In this document: piece by piece, positions 40,521 to 54,830 of the stretch | Layout: the number at the start of each line of letters is the position of its first letter | Numbering within the stretch: position 1 is the first letter of the stretch | DNA from: Octopus vulgaris | Lineage: Eukaryota | Reading direction: 5' to 3' | NCBI GenBank assembly: GCA_951406725.2 | Contig: OX597816.1 | Span: 173,538,001-173,602,000 of the forward strand | Length of the DNA: 64,000 nt | Program-made: the position numbers and the translations under genes | The notes under the pieces: model-generated | What the model saw: the letters and a program-made list of their open reading frames with translations, nothing else | Told to the model about the DNA's origin: nothing | The model's database searches: none

Positions 40521-40612
40521 TTCTTGAAGTACAAATAAACTGTGACCTTTTAATACCAACGATCAACTTCTAATTGTTAATTGCTGCTCCATTTCTTTTT
40601 CGTATCTGTATA

Positions 40613-40683
<71 letters not shown>

Positions 40684-41978
40684 CAGATATATGTGTGTTT
40701 GTGTGAGTATGAGAAAAGCAATAGAAATATGTTGATCATAAGGGAGTAAAGCAAGTGAATGAGTGAAAAAATATTTTTTTTCTCAAACCATTATATTTAT
40801 ACAATTAAATCTAAATTTATTAAATATTTCATATTTTGTTCTGTATCTATAAACAATATTTCTGCATTATTGTACTTCATTGGAATAGACTAACAGAAAG
40901 ACAGTAGATAATGTTTTTTTTTTTATAAATAGCATATTCAGATTATTGTCTCCATTCTAAATTATGTTAAGAAAGATAGATTAAGGAAGAAAGGGAAAAG
41001 ACAAGCAGGAAAAAAAATATTGGAAATAATTCAATTCATGTTCAAGGGCAAAGCAATCTGTTCAAGTTCAAATTCAGGTGGTGTGGAAAGTATTCTGTTT
41101 TCAGGTTTTTTTCTTGATATCAGACACAGAATGTGTCTTATATATAGGTAAAAAGGATAAAAATTATATATGCACATTTGTTTCTCTCTCATGAAATGCT
41201 ATCAAGCATTGGGAAAACAAGTTCAAAAGCCAGGGGGCTTCTGGCTGACAAGAGACATGTCAAAACACCAGTCTCCTAGAATTCTTTGCACTGATGAGCC
41301 AAAAGTGCTATGAATGCACTGTCATAAAAGAGAAAAGTTGTTTTCCTGTGACATATACAATAGTGACTAGCATATTTGTATTTAAATCTGCCAGAACATA
41401 TCAAAACTAAATCTGCATATCATTTCAGATCTCACTTTACACAATGCAAATAATGATTGTATGTATGTATGTATATATGTATGGTGGAGTGTTATATAAG
41501 AATTTATGGAATAAAAAAGGAGCACTTGATATACATATAAGTGGAGTGTATGTTTTGATACAGTCCTCGAGTAATCTAGAACATCATATCTCATAGTTTC
41601 ATATCTGAAAATACACTCCCGCCCCCACATAACATTCATACACATATACACACACACTAAAACACATATGCTTACATAAACAGACACAGACATGTATATG
41701 TAAGCAAGTAAACATAGATACAGACACACTAGTACACACACTAGCACACAGAGGAACAGACAGCTATTCACAAATGCACACAATGTAATGCACACAGACA
41801 TGTGTAAGCCATACCAATGCAGCAGCAGTGTTCATACGGAATCTGACACTTAATGATGACATCACTGTAACTAAGCAACAGAGAGAATTGATCAGTGTCT
41901 GTGACTGAGAGAGGGAGGGAAGGAGGGAAGCAATATCCACTTGGATACAGCATTCCAGCAGTGAGATGGTTGTTGTTT

Positions 41979-42011
<33 letters not shown>

Positions 42012-42269
42012 GTAGTAGTAGTAGTTTATTGCAATATTTTGTTACAATAGTTATTGTTGTGACTGTTGTTTAACACCAGGTGAATCCTAACTGTAGATTT
42101 ATGACCAAGGTCCAGACTTCAGCTGTGACCATACCCCACCCTTAGATATTACATATATAGGACTACACTATCCAACGTGATCCAAACTCATTTTCAAGAC
42201 TGAGGAACATTTGGCTGCCTTTTCTAGTAGGTTGAGCATGCATGTAGATACTCTTACAGTGCCTCTTGA

Positions 42270-42960
42270 TATGGTTAGGGTTGTTGAATGGTCAGATCAA
42301 TAAAGTACCAGTCCTGAGTTCAAAGACCACTGAAGTTGATTTGCTTTCATTTTTCCATAGTTAATAAACTAATATGGTGGTCAACTTTTGCAAAACGTGT
42401 TGCATTATTTATCCAGGTTCTCTGTATTCTGTGTTCAAATCCCACTACTGTTAATGTTACATTTCATCCTTCCAGGGTCAATAAAATAAAATATCAGTAA
42501 AGAATTGGATGTTAATGTAATTAACTAAATCATCTCCCCAAACATTTGGCCTTCGATCTATGTTGTATAAAGGACAGTGAATTGGTAGAATCATTATAGA
42601 GTCAGAAAAAATGACTTGTGGTATTTCTTCCAAAATCTTTATATTCTGACTTCACAGTCATCTTCAGCTTTTATTTTCTGTGCTAGCCATGTACAGAAGT
42701 CAATGTTATTAGCTAATCCCTCCCTTCAAAATTGTTATTATTAATCATTATTATTATTATTATTAACACACTGGACAAAATGCTTAGTGGCATTTCTTCT
42801 GACAATTTACATTCTAAGTTTAAACTCCACAGAGGTCAACTTTGCCTTTCATTCTTTCGAGGTTGATAAAATAAGTACCAGTCCAGTACTGGGATCAATG
42901 TAACCACCTAAACCCCTTCCCCTAAAATTGGTGGGCTTTTGCCAAAATTTGAAACAATTA
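42270..42960 (+). mobile_element. Cluster of old family D-related SINE fragments
   Basis: Repeated ctttcatcctt..gtcaataaaataa..cagt motifs. Confidence 0.6.
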
Positions 42961-43066
42961 TTATTAACATGTCATTCCTGAGTTTTGGTATGAATGTACA
43001 TATTCAAGATATCTCTGCAGATGATTTAAATTTACCACTTCAGAACATTTCAGAAAAATTAGATAG

Positions 43067-43338
43067 GCCCGTGGCACATAAAAAGCACCATCCGAACGTG
43101 GCCGATGCCAGTGGCACGTTAAAAGCACCAACCGATCGTGGCTGATGCCAGACCCCCCTGGCACCTGTGCAGGTGGCACGTAAAAAGCACCCACTACACT
43201 CACGGAGTGGTTGGCGTTAGAAAGGGCATCCAGCTGTAGAAACACTGCCAGATCAGACTGGAGCCTGGTGCAGCCTTCTGGCTTCCCAGACCCCGGTCCT
43301 ACCGTCCAACTCGTGCTAGCGTGGAAAACGGACGTTAA

Positions 43339-43368
<30 letters not shown>
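43067..43368 (+). mobile_element. RTE 3' UTR-only insertion
   Basis: Three cores, terminal block, (GAT)n tail. Confidence 0.9.
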
Positions 43369-43370
<2 letters not shown>

Positions 43371-43757
43371 ACACAAGTAAAGAAATGGATTAGCAGTGGG
43401 AAGTGCTAATCACAAAGGTAATAACAAAGTAAAGAATACCAAGAATTAAAAAAAATATTGTGAAAATTACTAAAATGCAGATTTTAGAACAAAAACAGGT
43501 GAATTCAAAAAAAGGAAAAAAGATAAGAATTAAGCAGATGCAAACAAATGCAAATAGTAAAGACTTAGAAAAATTAAAAAAAAAAGATAAGAAGAGACAA
43601 CTTTACAGACAATTACACTTGTCAATACATTGTCAATAGCCAAAATGTTGACAATGGAAGCAATATCAATGGCAAATTCACAAATGTTGCCAGCCAAAGA
43701 GAAAGATTAAATATCAGCTCATTCCAATCTCCAAAAAAAGAGAATGAGAGAGACGTA

Positions 43758-44168
43758 TCTCTCTTTACTCTCTTTTACTTGTTTCAGTCATTTGACTGCG
43801 GCCATACTGGAGCACCGCCTTTAGTCGAGCAAATCGACCCCGGGACTTATTCTTTGTAAGCCCAGTACTTATTCTATCGGTCTCTTTTGCTGAACCGCTA
43901 AGTTAAGAGGACTTAAACACACCAGCATTGGTTGTCAAGCAATGCTAGGGGGACAAACACAAACACACAAACATATACACACACATTTATATATACATAT
44001 ATATACATATATACGACAGGCTTCTTTCAGTTTCCGTCTACCAAATCCACTCACAAGGCATTGGTCGGCCCGGGGCTATAGCAGAAGACACTTGCCCAAG
44101 ATGCCACGCAGTGGGACTGAACCCAGAACCATGTGGTTGGTTAGCAAGCTACTTACCACACAGCCACT
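43758..44168 (-). mobile_element. SINE family A
   Basis: Matches consensus. Confidence 0.93.
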
Positions 44169-44284
44169 ATGTCACAAATATTTTATACCCTTGCTTGACA
44201 ATTTTACTGAAGAGGCAAGGAGGAAAGTAACAAATGCCTACTGAAAAATTGAAGTGGTTATGAGAATTTGTGCTTAGTCATTAA

Positions 44285-44550
44285 CCCTTTCGTTACTATA
44301 TTTCTGACCAAAATACACCCCTCATGAGTTTCAATTAAATTCTAAAATAATCATGAATTTAGGCTTGTTTCATTAAATAACTGTAACTTTTTTACTTATC
44401 AACATATTAAAGCGATATTTGGAACATAATTAAAGAAAGGGTTCTTAATCAATTCTATTGCATAACTTTTGTCTCAAAGTGACTTTAATTACAGGTAAAT
44501 CCAGGTAAATTGAGCAAAAGGTAAAAATATTAAATTTTTTGTTTAAACAT
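44285..44550. mobile_element. piggyBac-type MITE left end; right end not found
   Basis: TTAA|CCCTTTCGTTAC identical to the terminus at 24411. Confidence 0.5.
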
Positions 44551-44900
44551 CACCATAGAGAATGAGGTAAGATAACAATCCCAATTGGATACTTCACACT
44601 TGCCCACAAGCTAGTATTGCAATATATGGGATAAAGGAATACAAGGTTCACAGACAGGGACATTGACGGTGATGCTGACTCTAGGCTTATCATCACCTTT
44701 GCAGTATTATATCAGCTAGTGGGAGCATAAAGGTGAAATGAAATACTATATAGTTGGTTGGTTGGTGTCTACACTGACAAGCAAGTCATGGTGAACCCCA
44801 AAGACCAAAATCTACTCTACAGCTGTACTCCATTATATACAGAAAGAAAGCAAGAAACCCAGTTGTCACATATGTGGGAGCAAAAGCGTATTGAAGTATT

Positions 44901-45533
<633 letters not shown>

Positions 45534-46156
45534 ACTGAACAACAGCAAAATCAACAACAACTGTGGCAGCAGGACTCAGAAACTGCTGCTCTTAAAGCCT
45601 CATCAGTCACAGCTCTGAAAATAACAGAAACAGAAAAATACCTTGCCTTGTGCTCAAGGTCAGGAATTAATGACTAAGCAACTGAACTCCACCAGCTTAC
45701 AACAATGGGGAGTAAGTGAAGACTGAAGAGATGTCTACAAGGCAAGAAGAGCCTACACTCACGATGTCACTCAACTTTACAGTGGCCCGAAAGGAAAATA
45801 CTGATCTTCTCAATTAAACCTGGATAGAAAGTGTGAGGGTAACCATTCCTAATAACCCTAAAACAACAGACCTTTAGCAAATACCATACTTATGGTCCAT
45901 GAATATTGGAAGTATTTGACTGGGAAGATATAAGGTCCCTTACAATTCAGAGAAAGCCAAAATTGACCATGGGTACTTCTGGATTGTAGTACAATGCCAG
46001 GTCCCAGTAATAGGAATGGCATGCAATTAGAGTCATACTGTGCTCTGACCAAAGTTAGATGGCAGCTTCTCACCCTTGTATACATAGGTTGCTCTTATTT
46101 GTTTCATGTTCTTATTTACATTTCATTTATGTTCATGATCATACACACACACACAC

Positions 46157-46213
<57 letters not shown>

Positions 46214-46314
46214 CATATTCATTTACTTATTTTGTGTAGGCAAAAAATGACTGTGTAAATGTATTCCATATATTTTTGTCCCAAATTTCATTTTTGTATA
46301 TAACTTTGTATATT

Positions 46315-47757
46315 CATCATCATCATCATCAATTAACATCCGTTTTCCATGCTGGCATGGGCTGAACAGTTTGACTGAGGTCTGGTGGGCCAGTGGCTGC
46401 ACCAGGCTTCAGTCTGGTCTCGCAGAGTTTCTACAGCTGGATGCCATTCCTAAAGCAAACCACTCTGAGAGTGCAGTGGGGGCTTTTTACATGCCACCGG
46501 CACAGGTGCCAGTCAGGCAGGCCTGGCAATGATCATGTTCAGTTGGTGCTTTTTAAGTGTCACCAGCAACGGAGCTAGTAAAGCAGGCCTGGCAACGAAC
46601 ATGTTGAGATGGTACTTTTTAAGTGCCACCAGCACAGGAGCCAGTCAGGGGGAACTGGCTTCAACCACATTCGGATGGTGCCTTTGACATGCCATCGGCA
46701 TAGGAGCCAGCCAGAGGGCACCAGCCCCAGCTACGATATGGGTTTTATTTGACTCAACAGGTCTTCTCAAGCATATCATATTGCCCAACACATCACGAGT
46801 ATTTTTAACAGGGCAGGACATGATTAGCTGCCATCTCACTTTAGTTGCCGGGTCTTCTCAATCACAGTGTATCTCCAAAGGTCCCAGTCTCCAGTCATTG
46901 CGTCTGTGAGGCCCAGTGTTCGAAGGTCATGCTTCACCACCTCATCCTCATGTCTTCCTGGGTCTACCTCTTCTACAGCTTCCTTCTACAGTTAGGGAGT
47001 GACACTTCCTTACTCAGCTGTCCTCATCCATATGTAACCCATGACCATACCAGTGCAGTCGTCTCTCTTGCACACCACATTGGATGCTTCTTATTTCCAA
47101 CTTTTCTCTCAGGGTGTTTACACTCTGTCGTGTATGCACACTGACATTACACATCCAGCGGATCATACTAGCTTCATTTCTTTCATGCCTATGCATGTCG
47201 TCAGCAGGCACAAACCCATGTTTCACTGCAGTTCGCACACATGCATCATACAATCTACCTTTCACTCTGAGCAAGAGGCCCTTTGTTGTCAGTAGGAGTA
47301 GAAGCCTACTGATTTTTGCCTAGGCTATTCTTATTCTAGTTGTAACACTCTCTGAGCAGCCACTCCCACTACAGACTGGTCACCTAGGTAGCAGAAGCTA
47401 TCAACTACTTCTAGTTTCTCACCCTGGCATGTGATGGAATCTGTTTCCTGAGTATCTGTGGTGTTTATTGCCCCTCTGCATCTGCCACACATGAAAGTTA
47501 TCTTCCTGGTTAATCTTCCTTTAATATTGCTGCACCTTTTATATGTCCATATCTTACACTGGGTACATCTTATGGAGTTTTTTCCTACACCTTTTCTACA
47601 GATCGAGCAGGACCATCTACCTGAAGGGGTGTGTGATGTGTTCGCCTTCTGACCTACTAGGACTTTGGTTTTTGCAACATTGACTCTAAGGCCCTTCGAT
47701 CCTAAGCCTTGCTTCCACACCTGAAATTTCTTCTCTAGTTCTGGTAGTGATTCTGCT
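46315..47757 (-). mobile_element. 5'-truncated RTE LINE
   Basis: AESLPELEKKFQVWKQGL, CSICRKGVG, LRVKGRLYDACVR; 3' UTR array and (CAT)n tail. Confidence 0.93.
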
Positions 47758-47814
47758 TCTTTTTCTAACACCTTAGTAAAACAATTTTTATATGTATAAA
47801 TGGGATGTTGTTGT

Positions 47815-47871
47815 TACACACATTCAATGTTTTGTCTTGTGCTGAACAGTTGCCAAGTGATGGTGGGGGTA

Positions 47872-47913
<42 letters not shown>

Positions 47914-48082
47914 TATGACAGGCTTCTTTCAGTTTCTGTCTACCAAACCCACTCACAAGGTTTTGGTCAGCCTGAGGCTAAAGTAGAAGACACTTGCCTA
48001 AGGTACCATGCAATGGGACTGAACCCAGAACCATGTGGTTGGGAAGCAAGCTTCATACCAGACAGCTACACCTGCAGCTGTA
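47815..48082 (-). mobile_element. Old SINE family A
   Basis: ggcttctttcagttt..gaagacacttgcc..gggactgaaccc. Confidence 0.8.
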
Positions 48083-48199
48083 TACTTTTTTTTATATCTT
48101 TTTATTATACATAAACACCCATTTTTATGTCTGTCTTTGTATTGCCCCCCCCCCCCATCTGTTACCCTGGAAGCAAATGAAAGAAATTATTATTATTAT

Positions 48200-48720
48200 A
48201 ATGTCCAAGATGTGCACAGGCTGATGAGATGGTCCTGCAATGCACTCATCCAGTGCCCAAGCATTGCTGACCTGTGGGTTTATGTCGAACACCTGCTGTT
48301 GCATGTGGGATAGATCCAGCTGTCAACTGAATCCATCGTGAAGATCACCTCACCGCCTTCCTTTAACCAGGAAAGAAAGGCTAGTTTTATATGCCTGGTG
48401 GCCATGGTGAGAGAGGTTGTATGGTGGACGTGATTGAAGGGGCTGAAGACAAACACTTTTCTCTTTGGCCAATCCCCGATCAACTTCTTCAAGTTTCATT
48501 TGAAAATGAAAATAAGAGTAGAGAGGAAAGTGTTGTCTTCTAACCAGTTTGCTGAAAGGTGGATGGAAGTGGCAAGAATGGTGAACGGGTCTGCACTGGC
48601 AATATGCCTGTAGTTGGAAAAAGGAAAGAAAAAAGGTACCTGCTCCAAAAATCAGATTGCCCGTGATTTTTTTAAAATGGTTTCTCTACGAGCAGCCCTC
48701 GAACCTCTCCTTCCTATTGA
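48200..48720 (+). mobile_element. L1/Tx1-like LINE 3' end (C-terminal zinc finger)
   Basis: CPRCAQADE..ALIQCP..LWVYVE..VWW..FAERW peptide pattern with disablements. Confidence 0.65.
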
Positions 48721-48735
48721 GGATCATACATTAAT

Positions 48736-48942
48736 CTTTTATTCTTTTACTTGTTTCAGTCATTTGACTGCGACCATGCTGGAGCACCGCCTTTTAGTCG
48801 AGCAAATCGACCCCGGGACTTATTCTTTGTAAGCCCAGTACTTATTCTATTGGTCTCTTTTGCCGAACCACTAAGTGATGGGGACGTAAACACACCAGCA
48901 TCGGTTGTCAAGCAATGCTAGGGGACAAACACACACACACAA

Positions 48943-49007
<65 letters not shown>

Positions 49008-49143
49008 TACGACAGGTTTCTTTCAGTTTCCGTCTACCAAATCCACTCACAAGGCATTGGTCGGCCCGGGGCTATAGCAGAAGACACTTGCCCAAGATGC
49101 CCCGCAGTGGGACTGAACCCGGAACCATGTGGTTGGTTAGCTT
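48736..49143 (-). mobile_element. SINE family A, slightly 5'-truncated
   Basis: Matches consensus. Confidence 0.92.
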
Positions 49144-49273
49144 TATTAGTCTTTTTTCCATGCAAAACCCACACAAAACACACTCACACACATTCTTTGT
49201 TCTGTTCTATGTTGTCCATAATGTTTTTCTTTAATGTAAAACCTTGTGGTTAATAAAGAAATCATTGTTGTTG

Positions 49274-49310
<37 letters not shown>

Positions 49311-49593
49311 CATCATTATTATCAGTAGTAGTAGTAGTAGTAGTAGTAGTAGTTCTTTGTAGCAGTTGCTAGTTATTTGCATCACTATGAATGACACACA
49401 GTAAAGTAGTAAAGTACATAAGACCATTACAAATTTACTGCTGTTTCTCTCTCTCTCTCTCTCTCTTTGTCTCTCCCTCCCTCCCTCCTCTTCCTTTCGA
49501 TCTCTATACACACAAAGAGAAAGAAAACTATACCTACATATGTATATATGTCTGTGTACTCGAACTCTCTTTTATATGTAATAAATAAGCATA

Positions 49594-49750
49594 AGCATGG
49601 CTTTGTAGTAAGTAGCTTGCTTCCCAACCACATGGTTCTGGGTTCAGTCCCACTGTGTGGCACATTGGGCAAGTGCCTTCTACTATAGCCTCAGGCCAAC
49701 CAAAGCCTTGTGAGTGGATTAAGTAGAAGGAAACTAAAAGAAGCCCATCG

Positions 49751-49802
<52 letters not shown>

Positions 49803-49990
49803 TTCCCCCACCATAGCTTAAGAACTGATGTTAATGTGTTTATGTCCCCAAAACTTAGTAGTTCGGCAAAAGTGACTAATAGAACAAATTACAAAGAATA
49901 AGTCCTGGGGTCAATTTGTTTGACTAAAGGTGGTGCCCCAGCATGGCTGCAGTCAAATGACTGAAACAAGTAGAAGAACAAAAGGGAAAA
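49594..49990 (+). mobile_element. SINE family A, older copy
   Basis: Colinear, moderately diverged. Confidence 0.88.
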
Positions 49991-50630
49991 AGAATGACTC
50001 TATGTTATAAGCAGTATTACATATCAGAACTTAAAACGTTTCCTGCAATCTCAGTTTTTAATGTTTTCTATACATATAAAATACATACATCACGATTTAC
50101 ACTTTTCACAAGATTGTATTAAAAACTTTTATGCTTTTCTATGACAAATTATAAAAAACTTCTGTGTGCAGAGAGAAGGCGAGAGCTAGTCTATGTAAAT
50201 ATATATTTATGTATTCTTCAATATACAGCACGGATTTTTGTCAGTGAACAGGTCGCGGATTTTAGCGACGAAAATATTTTGACAAATTAAACTTAAATGT
50301 TGAAGTGAATCGAACGGCTTTTGTGTGTTTCTTAAATGGCTTACAAACACCTTCCACGCTGCAATTGTTGTTCAATATACATAATTTTATTATTATTTTT
50401 TTTGCAAACAACTTGCAGATGTAAACACTACCAGTTGAAAGCTCTACATAGCAGATGTTAGTAAACTTATGGGGTCATCAGGAGAGAATGCACACTGTTT
50501 CAGGGACTTCTTCTTGATGGCATTACTGTGCAGTAGCCTCCCCATCACTGAAATCAACAGGTTACTAGGTTTCACTCAATATTCATCTAGTCATTACTCA
50601 TTACCTCTTTTTAACAAAATCCAGTATGTG

Positions 50631-50687
<57 letters not shown>

Positions 50688-50689
<2 letters not shown>

Positions 50690-50946
50690 TTAGGGCAGTG
50701 GACTTGCGGTCAGAGGATTACGGTTTCGATTCCCAGACCGGGCGTTGTGTGTGTTTATTGAGCAAAAACACTTAAAAGCTCCACAAGGTTCCAGCAGTGG
50801 GTGGTGGTGACCCCTGTTGTACTCTTTCGCCACAACTTTCTCTCACTCTCTCTTCCTGTTTCTTGAGTAATGCCACGAGGGACTGGCGTCCTGTCCAGAT
50901 GCGGAGAACACATACGCCACAGAAACCGGGAAACTGGGCCCATGAC
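50688..50946 (+). mobile_element. SINE with family C head and a different 3' module
   Basis: Matches family C up to ttcctgtttct, then ggactggcgtcctgtccag..gccacagaaaccgggaaac. Confidence 0.85.
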
Positions 50947-51189
50947 AAACAGAAATATATATATATATATAACATATATTAATGTTTGTTTCATGTTATA
51001 ATAAAAACAATTTTACATTAAACTTTTGGATTACTCAATATATTTCATAGAATACAAATTTATTATTCTTTAACAAGAACAGTATTGACAATAACTGCAA
51101 AGTTTTGGCCAGCTAACCCATCATTAGGTTGTGTGTGTGTGTATGTATGTGCATGCATTTGTATGTGTGTGTGTGTCTCTCTCTCTCTC

Positions 51190-51561
51190 TCTTTTTTACT
51201 CTTTTACTTGTTTCAGTCATTTGACTGCGGCCATGCTGGAGCACCGCCTTTAGTCGAGCAAATCAACCCCGGGAATTATTCTTTGTAAGCCCAGTACTTA
51301 TTCTATCGGTCTTTTTTGCCAAACTGCTAAGTGACGGGGACGTAAACACACCAGCATCGGTTGTCAAGCAATGCTAGGGGGACAAACACAGGCACACAAA
51401 CATATACACACACATACACACAAAGATATATATACATATATACAACAGGCTTCTTTTCAGTTTCCGTCTACCAAAATCCACTCACAAGGCTTTGGTCGGC
51501 CCGAGGCTATAGTAGAAGACACTTGCCCAAGATGCCACGCAGTGGGACTGAATCATGTGGT
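51190..51561 (-). mobile_element. SINE family A
   Basis: Matches consensus. Confidence 0.93.
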
Positions 51562-51606
51562 TGGTAAGCAAGCTACTTACCACACAGCCACTCCTGCGCC
51601 TACTCC

Positions 51607-51637
<31 letters not shown>

Positions 51638-51869
51638 GTAAATGTCGAACAATGAAAATGAGTGCTCAAAACCACATTGGTGGATAAAATTTCTTTATTT
51701 GTGTATTGAAAATTTGTGTTATGAAAATTATTTTAATATCTAAACAATTCTTCAAGCCAATTATTGGTTACACAAACATATGCGCAAGCATGGCTGTGTG
51801 CTTAAGAAGTTCACTTCCTAACCATGTGGTTTTGGGGTCAGTCCCACAGCAGGGCACTTTGTGTCTTCT

Positions 51870-52500
51870 ATGGGATGGTGTACAAAAAAGTAACCTGGAT
51901 TCCACAGTATAGTATAAATACTGAAATATACTTACACACATGGAAAAGAACCCAACCTTTCATTTGCAAGTGTCATTGTGTTATTGCGACTTCTTGTGAC
52001 TGCTGAACAAAGATGGTGCACTGGTCAACTGTCTGCTATGTTACCACATCCTCACCACATAGAGTGAGCATCTCTCGCCTTTTCTATAAGATGACGTACT
52101 TAGTAGCAGACAAAGTGGAGATTGTGAAAGCATATGTGAGAATGGGCTCTGTTAAGCAAACGTATGAAATTTTTGAAGTCAGGTTTCCAGGTAAAGGTTT
52201 ACCGGTAAAGAGAATGGTTAAGAAGTGGCACACTATGGAGTCTGTGTACAACACCCCAAAACAGTGAGAGACACTACAGTTTAAGTGCCAGAAGTTATTC
52301 AGGACATTTGCCAAAGGATTACTCAAAATCCCAAGAAGTCAACATGTAAATTGGTGCAGCAACCTCACATAAGCAGGTCATGCCAATGAGTGTTAAAAAG
52401 TCTAAAGTTGAAGCCATATCATTTCACATGTGTAAAGCAATTAAAAATAGATGACAAGAGCAAATGAGTAAATTACTGCACAAGGCTTCTGAATAACAGT
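51870..52500 (+). mobile_element. Tc1/mariner-superfamily transposase remnant (N-terminal HTH)
   Basis: KVEIVKAY..GSVKQTYEIFEVRFPG..MVKKWHTMESV; downstream QNPKKST..LKPYH-like peptides. Confidence 0.6.
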
Positions 52501-53337
52501 TAAAAGTGATCAAAATAACACAATGACACTTGCAAACGAAAGGGTGGCATTTTTCATGTGTGTAAATTTATTTCAGTATTTACACTATGCTATGGAACCC
52601 AGGCAACATTTTTGTGTGCCACCCTGTAGAAGACAGACGGTGCCCTGCAGTGGGACTGAACCCAAAACCACATGGATAGGAGGTGAGCTTCTTAACCACA
52701 CAGCCATGTCTGCACATATGTTTGTCTATAAAGAAACACACACACATGAGGTTAAAATCACTCAGATCAGCATATTATTCATGCTTTTAAAATAAATATT
52801 ATCCCTTAGAACTTTTGCCACTGATATGAGCAAGGTAAAAAATTGGTAATCTTCTTGAGATAACTGCGAAGACTTGCCTGTTTTTAAGGGAGATCATAAC
52901 AGCAATTAAGTGGAGAAAATTAACTGAAACTCAACACATGAAATTGCTACAGCTTCATACACTACAGCTGGACAAGAAAGAGACTAGGGTCATCTATTGC
53001 ATGTAGCAGAATCAGCAAGAGGAATTTCAAAGGATTCTTAGATTCAACCAGAACCTCTGTCAGTTTGATAAAACAATTAGGGAAAATCCCTGAATTGGTT
53101 ACATGTAAAGGATGAAGAGTGACTGGGATCTAAAACATCCAACTTTGGTGCAAAACAGCTACATCAGTAACCAACCTTCAGTGAGTAAAAAATTTGCTAT
53201 AGACTGTCAAAATCACATATTAAAGAAAAGTCAGACTAGATCACTAAATTCTGTTCCTGAGAAGACCATAAACAATATAGACTATAACAGATGGGATAAT
53301 AATAAAGCTAAGGGGAACATGCTATCATTTCACAAAC

Positions 53338-53503
53338 AGGCGCAGGAGTGGCTGTGTGGTAAGTAGCTTGCTAACCAACCACATGGTTCCGGGTTCAGTC
53401 CCACTGCGTGGCATCTTGGGCAAGTGTCTTCTGCTATAGCCTCGGGCCGACTGAAGCCTTGTGAGTGGATTTGGTAGATGGAAACTGAAAGAAGCCCGTC
53501 GTA

Positions 53504-53548
<45 letters not shown>

Positions 53549-53769
53549 TTGTGTGTCTGCGTTTGTCCCCCTAGCATTGCTTGACAACCGATGCTAGTGT
53601 GTTTACGTCCCCGTCACTTAGCGGTTCGGCAAAAGAGACCGATAGAATAAGTACTGGGCTTCCAAAGAATAAGTCCCGGGGTTGATTTGCTCGACTAAAG
53701 GTGGTGCTCCAGCATGGCCGCAGTCAAATGACTGAAACAAGTGAAAGAGAGAGAAAAGAGAGAAAGAGA
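53338..53769 (+). mobile_element. SINE family A
   Basis: Matches consensus. Confidence 0.93.
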
Positions 53770-54830
53770 GGCTGCAACTGATTATGAACAAACAGTAGTA
53801 ATGAGTGAAGAATTTTAAACAACTGAAAGTGCAGTTAACTATAAAATTCAGACAAAACTTGACTATTTAACCTGATAAATAATTGCATGAGAGAACAATT
53901 ACCACAGGTATTGAAAAAAAAAAAATCTAATTGATTTGGTGTTTTCTGTGATGGACCAAGAAGCTAAGAAACAATTAGCAGAGACTGAAAATCTGACACG
54001 GAATGTTCTGACCTGTCTTGTTATTATTATTTTTACAACAGATGGGATTAACAGTGGTCAATCATTGTAGAAAAATCAACCAACATTGATTACCACTATC
54101 CAGACAAATATCAAAAGACTCAGGAAAAAATACTAGAAAATTAGACACTATTATTAAGTGCAAAGTGAATAATAAATTCACAAAGCACCAGCTGTGGCTT
54201 GATCATAGATTACCTCTGGTCTATGGGAACTGTCAATGAGAGACACCAACAAATAAGCTAATTGTGTTTAAATATGCACTGTAAGCAGTAAGTGAAAAAC
54301 ATTGCAATAAAAAAATTACTAGAATGCAAATCCATCAGTTTTATGTTTGAACTAACCTCACAAATAGCATATCACACAGTATGAAAGGCCATACCATCAA
54401 GATCATGAAAGGCCATAATCAAGATCATAAAAGTCCCGCCTCAAGATGATCTACAATCATTTTGGAGAGGGATCTGGAATCTAAACAAACAACATAACCA
54501 TGATGCAATGTGGTTAGATAAGCTTTAGAATGAGTATTGTGAAAATGCTTCTCCCAAAACTTATATCAACCGTGAAACTCTCTAGCCCTCATTAACCTAT
54601 CCATAAGAACAGTGACTGCTGAAATTGATGCACTGAACTGGTTGGCAGTTTTACATACAATACTAGCAGCTAAAAACCTGAAGATGCATGTGGTCAAAAA
54701 CTACAGGACTATAACATGCTTGAATGCATTCCTCCAGATCACTGTGAAACACAATATGACAATTGATAAGCAAGCAGGAGGAAAGAAAGGAGTCTGGGGT
54801 TATGCCAAACGGCCCCTCATCATTCCTTAA

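Larger units (their letters stand above)
38484..40608 (-). mobile_element. Penelope-like element remnant with inverted pseudo-LTRs
   Basis: ~245-bp inverted arms (38484-38728, 40355-40608), GIY-YIG coding remnant, hammerhead motifs. Confidence 0.88.

Noticed and set aside
41291-41330. CTGATGAG hammerhead-like start
   Set aside because: No GAAA or stem III follows
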